DNA of 64,000 bases from the human T2T-CHM13v2.0 reference genome, Homo sapiens: the NCBI RefSeq assembly GCF_009914755.1, contig NC_060938.1, one strand, 5' to 3'. Below are positions 1 through 64,000 of this stretch, piece by piece. The number at the start of each line of letters is the position of its first letter. The first letter of the stretch is position 1. The notes under the pieces are model-generated. The model ran no database searches. It saw nothing but the letters and a program-made list of their open reading frames with translations, and was not told where the DNA came from. The position numbers and the translations under genes were made by a program.

Positions 1-313
1 TCCACGCCTTTTCCCACTGGTGGACTTCAGAGAGCACACCAGTGGAGAGTGTTGGGGAGGAGGATATTTTATAGCAGAGGTTACAGGTTGTGAAGGATTG
101 GTGATTCAGTATCCAAAGATGGAGAAGACAGCCTAACAAGTGATCTGTGGCTGGGAGAAAGTGAGAAAGTGAGATTCTGAGAAGAGAGATATGAAGGCTT
201 CTAGTCCGGAACTGTGTATCTTTTATCTGAAACACCTACCACTTTCTGATTGACTTGCTTTGTGAGCTAACTTTTAGAAGAAACACTGTTCTCTGATATA
301 ACGTTGTCTGTAG

Positions 314-62173
<61,860 letters not shown>

Positions 62174-62410
62174 ACTTTTCTAGCTGCCCCTTTCTGTAAT
62201 AGTGAAAGTTGGTATTTAACATTTATTCATTTTTAAAATATTTGGAAGGTCTGAGCTTGTGAAAAGAAAGTGGTTGGTCTGAGGTTGGAGGAAGCTGAAT
62301 GGAATCTGACGGTTGGGAGTGGTGGAAATTGGAAGGATACCAGGAGGTATTTGGGAAGGCCAATGGCGTGGCTCCTTTGAGGAAATAAAACACTAAGCAT
62401 GAGCCGGCTC
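62174..62410 (+). other. DYNC1H1: DYNC1H1 proximal 3' UTR (3' end approximate)
   Basis: Runs from the stop codon to just past the first AATAAA; AU-rich patch near 62212-62242. Confidence 0.75.
62384..62389 (+). terminator. Polyadenylation signal AATAAA
   Basis: Canonical hexamer about 210 nt after the stop, followed by a pyrimidine/GU-rich stretch (ctcttctgtctccgcttt). Confidence 0.8.
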
Positions 62411-62615
62411 CGCCTCTTCTGTCTCCGCTTTCATCCCAGGGCACAGAGCCTTGCCTTCCATGCTGCCCAGGGAGGGCAGCCCACGGCAGCCATGCCCCTC
62501 CCCACCTCGCTTTCATCATGAGCTCGCTCCCGAGCGGCCACAGCACTCATGAATGAAGACCTTGGGGCCCTTCACAGACACAGATGCAGCCAGCTGTGGC
62601 TCTGAAGGCCCTGGG

Positions 62616-63055
62616 GCCCGGGCACCATGGTTCACACCTTTAATCGCAGCACTTTGGGAGTCTGGGAGTTAAAGACCAGCCTCGGCAACATAGTGAGACC
62701 CCGTCTCTACAGGAAATTAAATCAGGTGTGGTGGTGCATGCCTGTAGTCCCAGCTACTTGAGGGCTGAGGTGGGAGGATCACCCAAGCCCAAGAGGTCGA
62801 GGCTGCAGTGAGCTGTGATCTCACCACTGCACTCCAGCCTGGGTGACAGAGCAAGACCCTGTCTCAAAAAAAAAAAAAGCTGGGCGTGGTGGCTCATGCC
62901 TGTAATCCCAGCACTTTGGGAGGCCGAGGCGGGCGGATCACCAAATTAGCCGGGCATGGTGGCACATGCCTGTAATCCCAGCTACTCGGGAGGCTGAGGC
63001 AGGAGAATTGCTTGAACCTGGGAGGCGGAGGTTGCAGTGAGCTGAAAAAAAAAAA
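62616..63055 (+). mobile_element. Two sense Alus (the second internally deleted)
   Basis: Alu consensus; second head at 62878. Confidence 0.88.
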
Positions 63056-63301
63056 GGCAGCCCCCAGCCGCTTGTGTTCTTGACCAGGGCCCCAGGACTT
63101 GGCTCCTCCAGACAAGGGAGTTTTGTGCTGTAGATGAGGGAGTTGCCCATCGCCGCCCTAGCAAGTCCATTCCCACACGACCTTTCCAGTGGTGATGATG
63201 ACAGTGGCCCATACAGCTGACTGTTTGCATCTCACGTTCACATTGCTAGAGGTGATGGGTGTGCTACACCCGTGGAAACAGGCTTCTGGCATCTCAGTGT
63301 C

Positions 63302-64000
<699 letters not shown>

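Overview
This is human (primate) genomic DNA holding the 3' ~80% of DYNC1H1 (cytoplasmic dynein 1 heavy chain 1) on the + strand. I traced 69 coding exons by hand, from 314 to the TAA at 62171-62173. They sum to 11,223 nt (3,740 codons plus stop) in one uninterrupted frame. Counting back from the known 78-exon, 4,646-aa structure, these are exons 10-78 (about residues 907-4646): distal tail, linker, AAA1-AAA4 with four Walker A motifs, stalk and microtubule-binding domain, AAA5, AAA6 and the C-terminal domain. A proximal AATAAA lies at 62384. Two introns are GC-AG. The introns contain roughly 60 Alu elements or fragments, many nested or inverted, plus L1, L2, MIR, MLT1 and hAT/Tigger fossils and several minisatellites. 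Repeat families were assigned by eye and their boundaries are approximate. I found no new gene or undescribed multi-gene system; the other ORFs in the track are Alu-derived, antisense shadows or intron read-through. The most interesting leads are RNA-level hypotheses: a repeat-generated in-frame cryptic donor after exon 72, an Alu-bracketed in-frame exon 28-29 cassette carrying the AAA1 catalytic motifs, an Alu-bracketed exon 63-64 circle, GTAAGT decoy arrays, re-splicing junctions, and a 47-bp VNTR born inside a MER5-like fossil.
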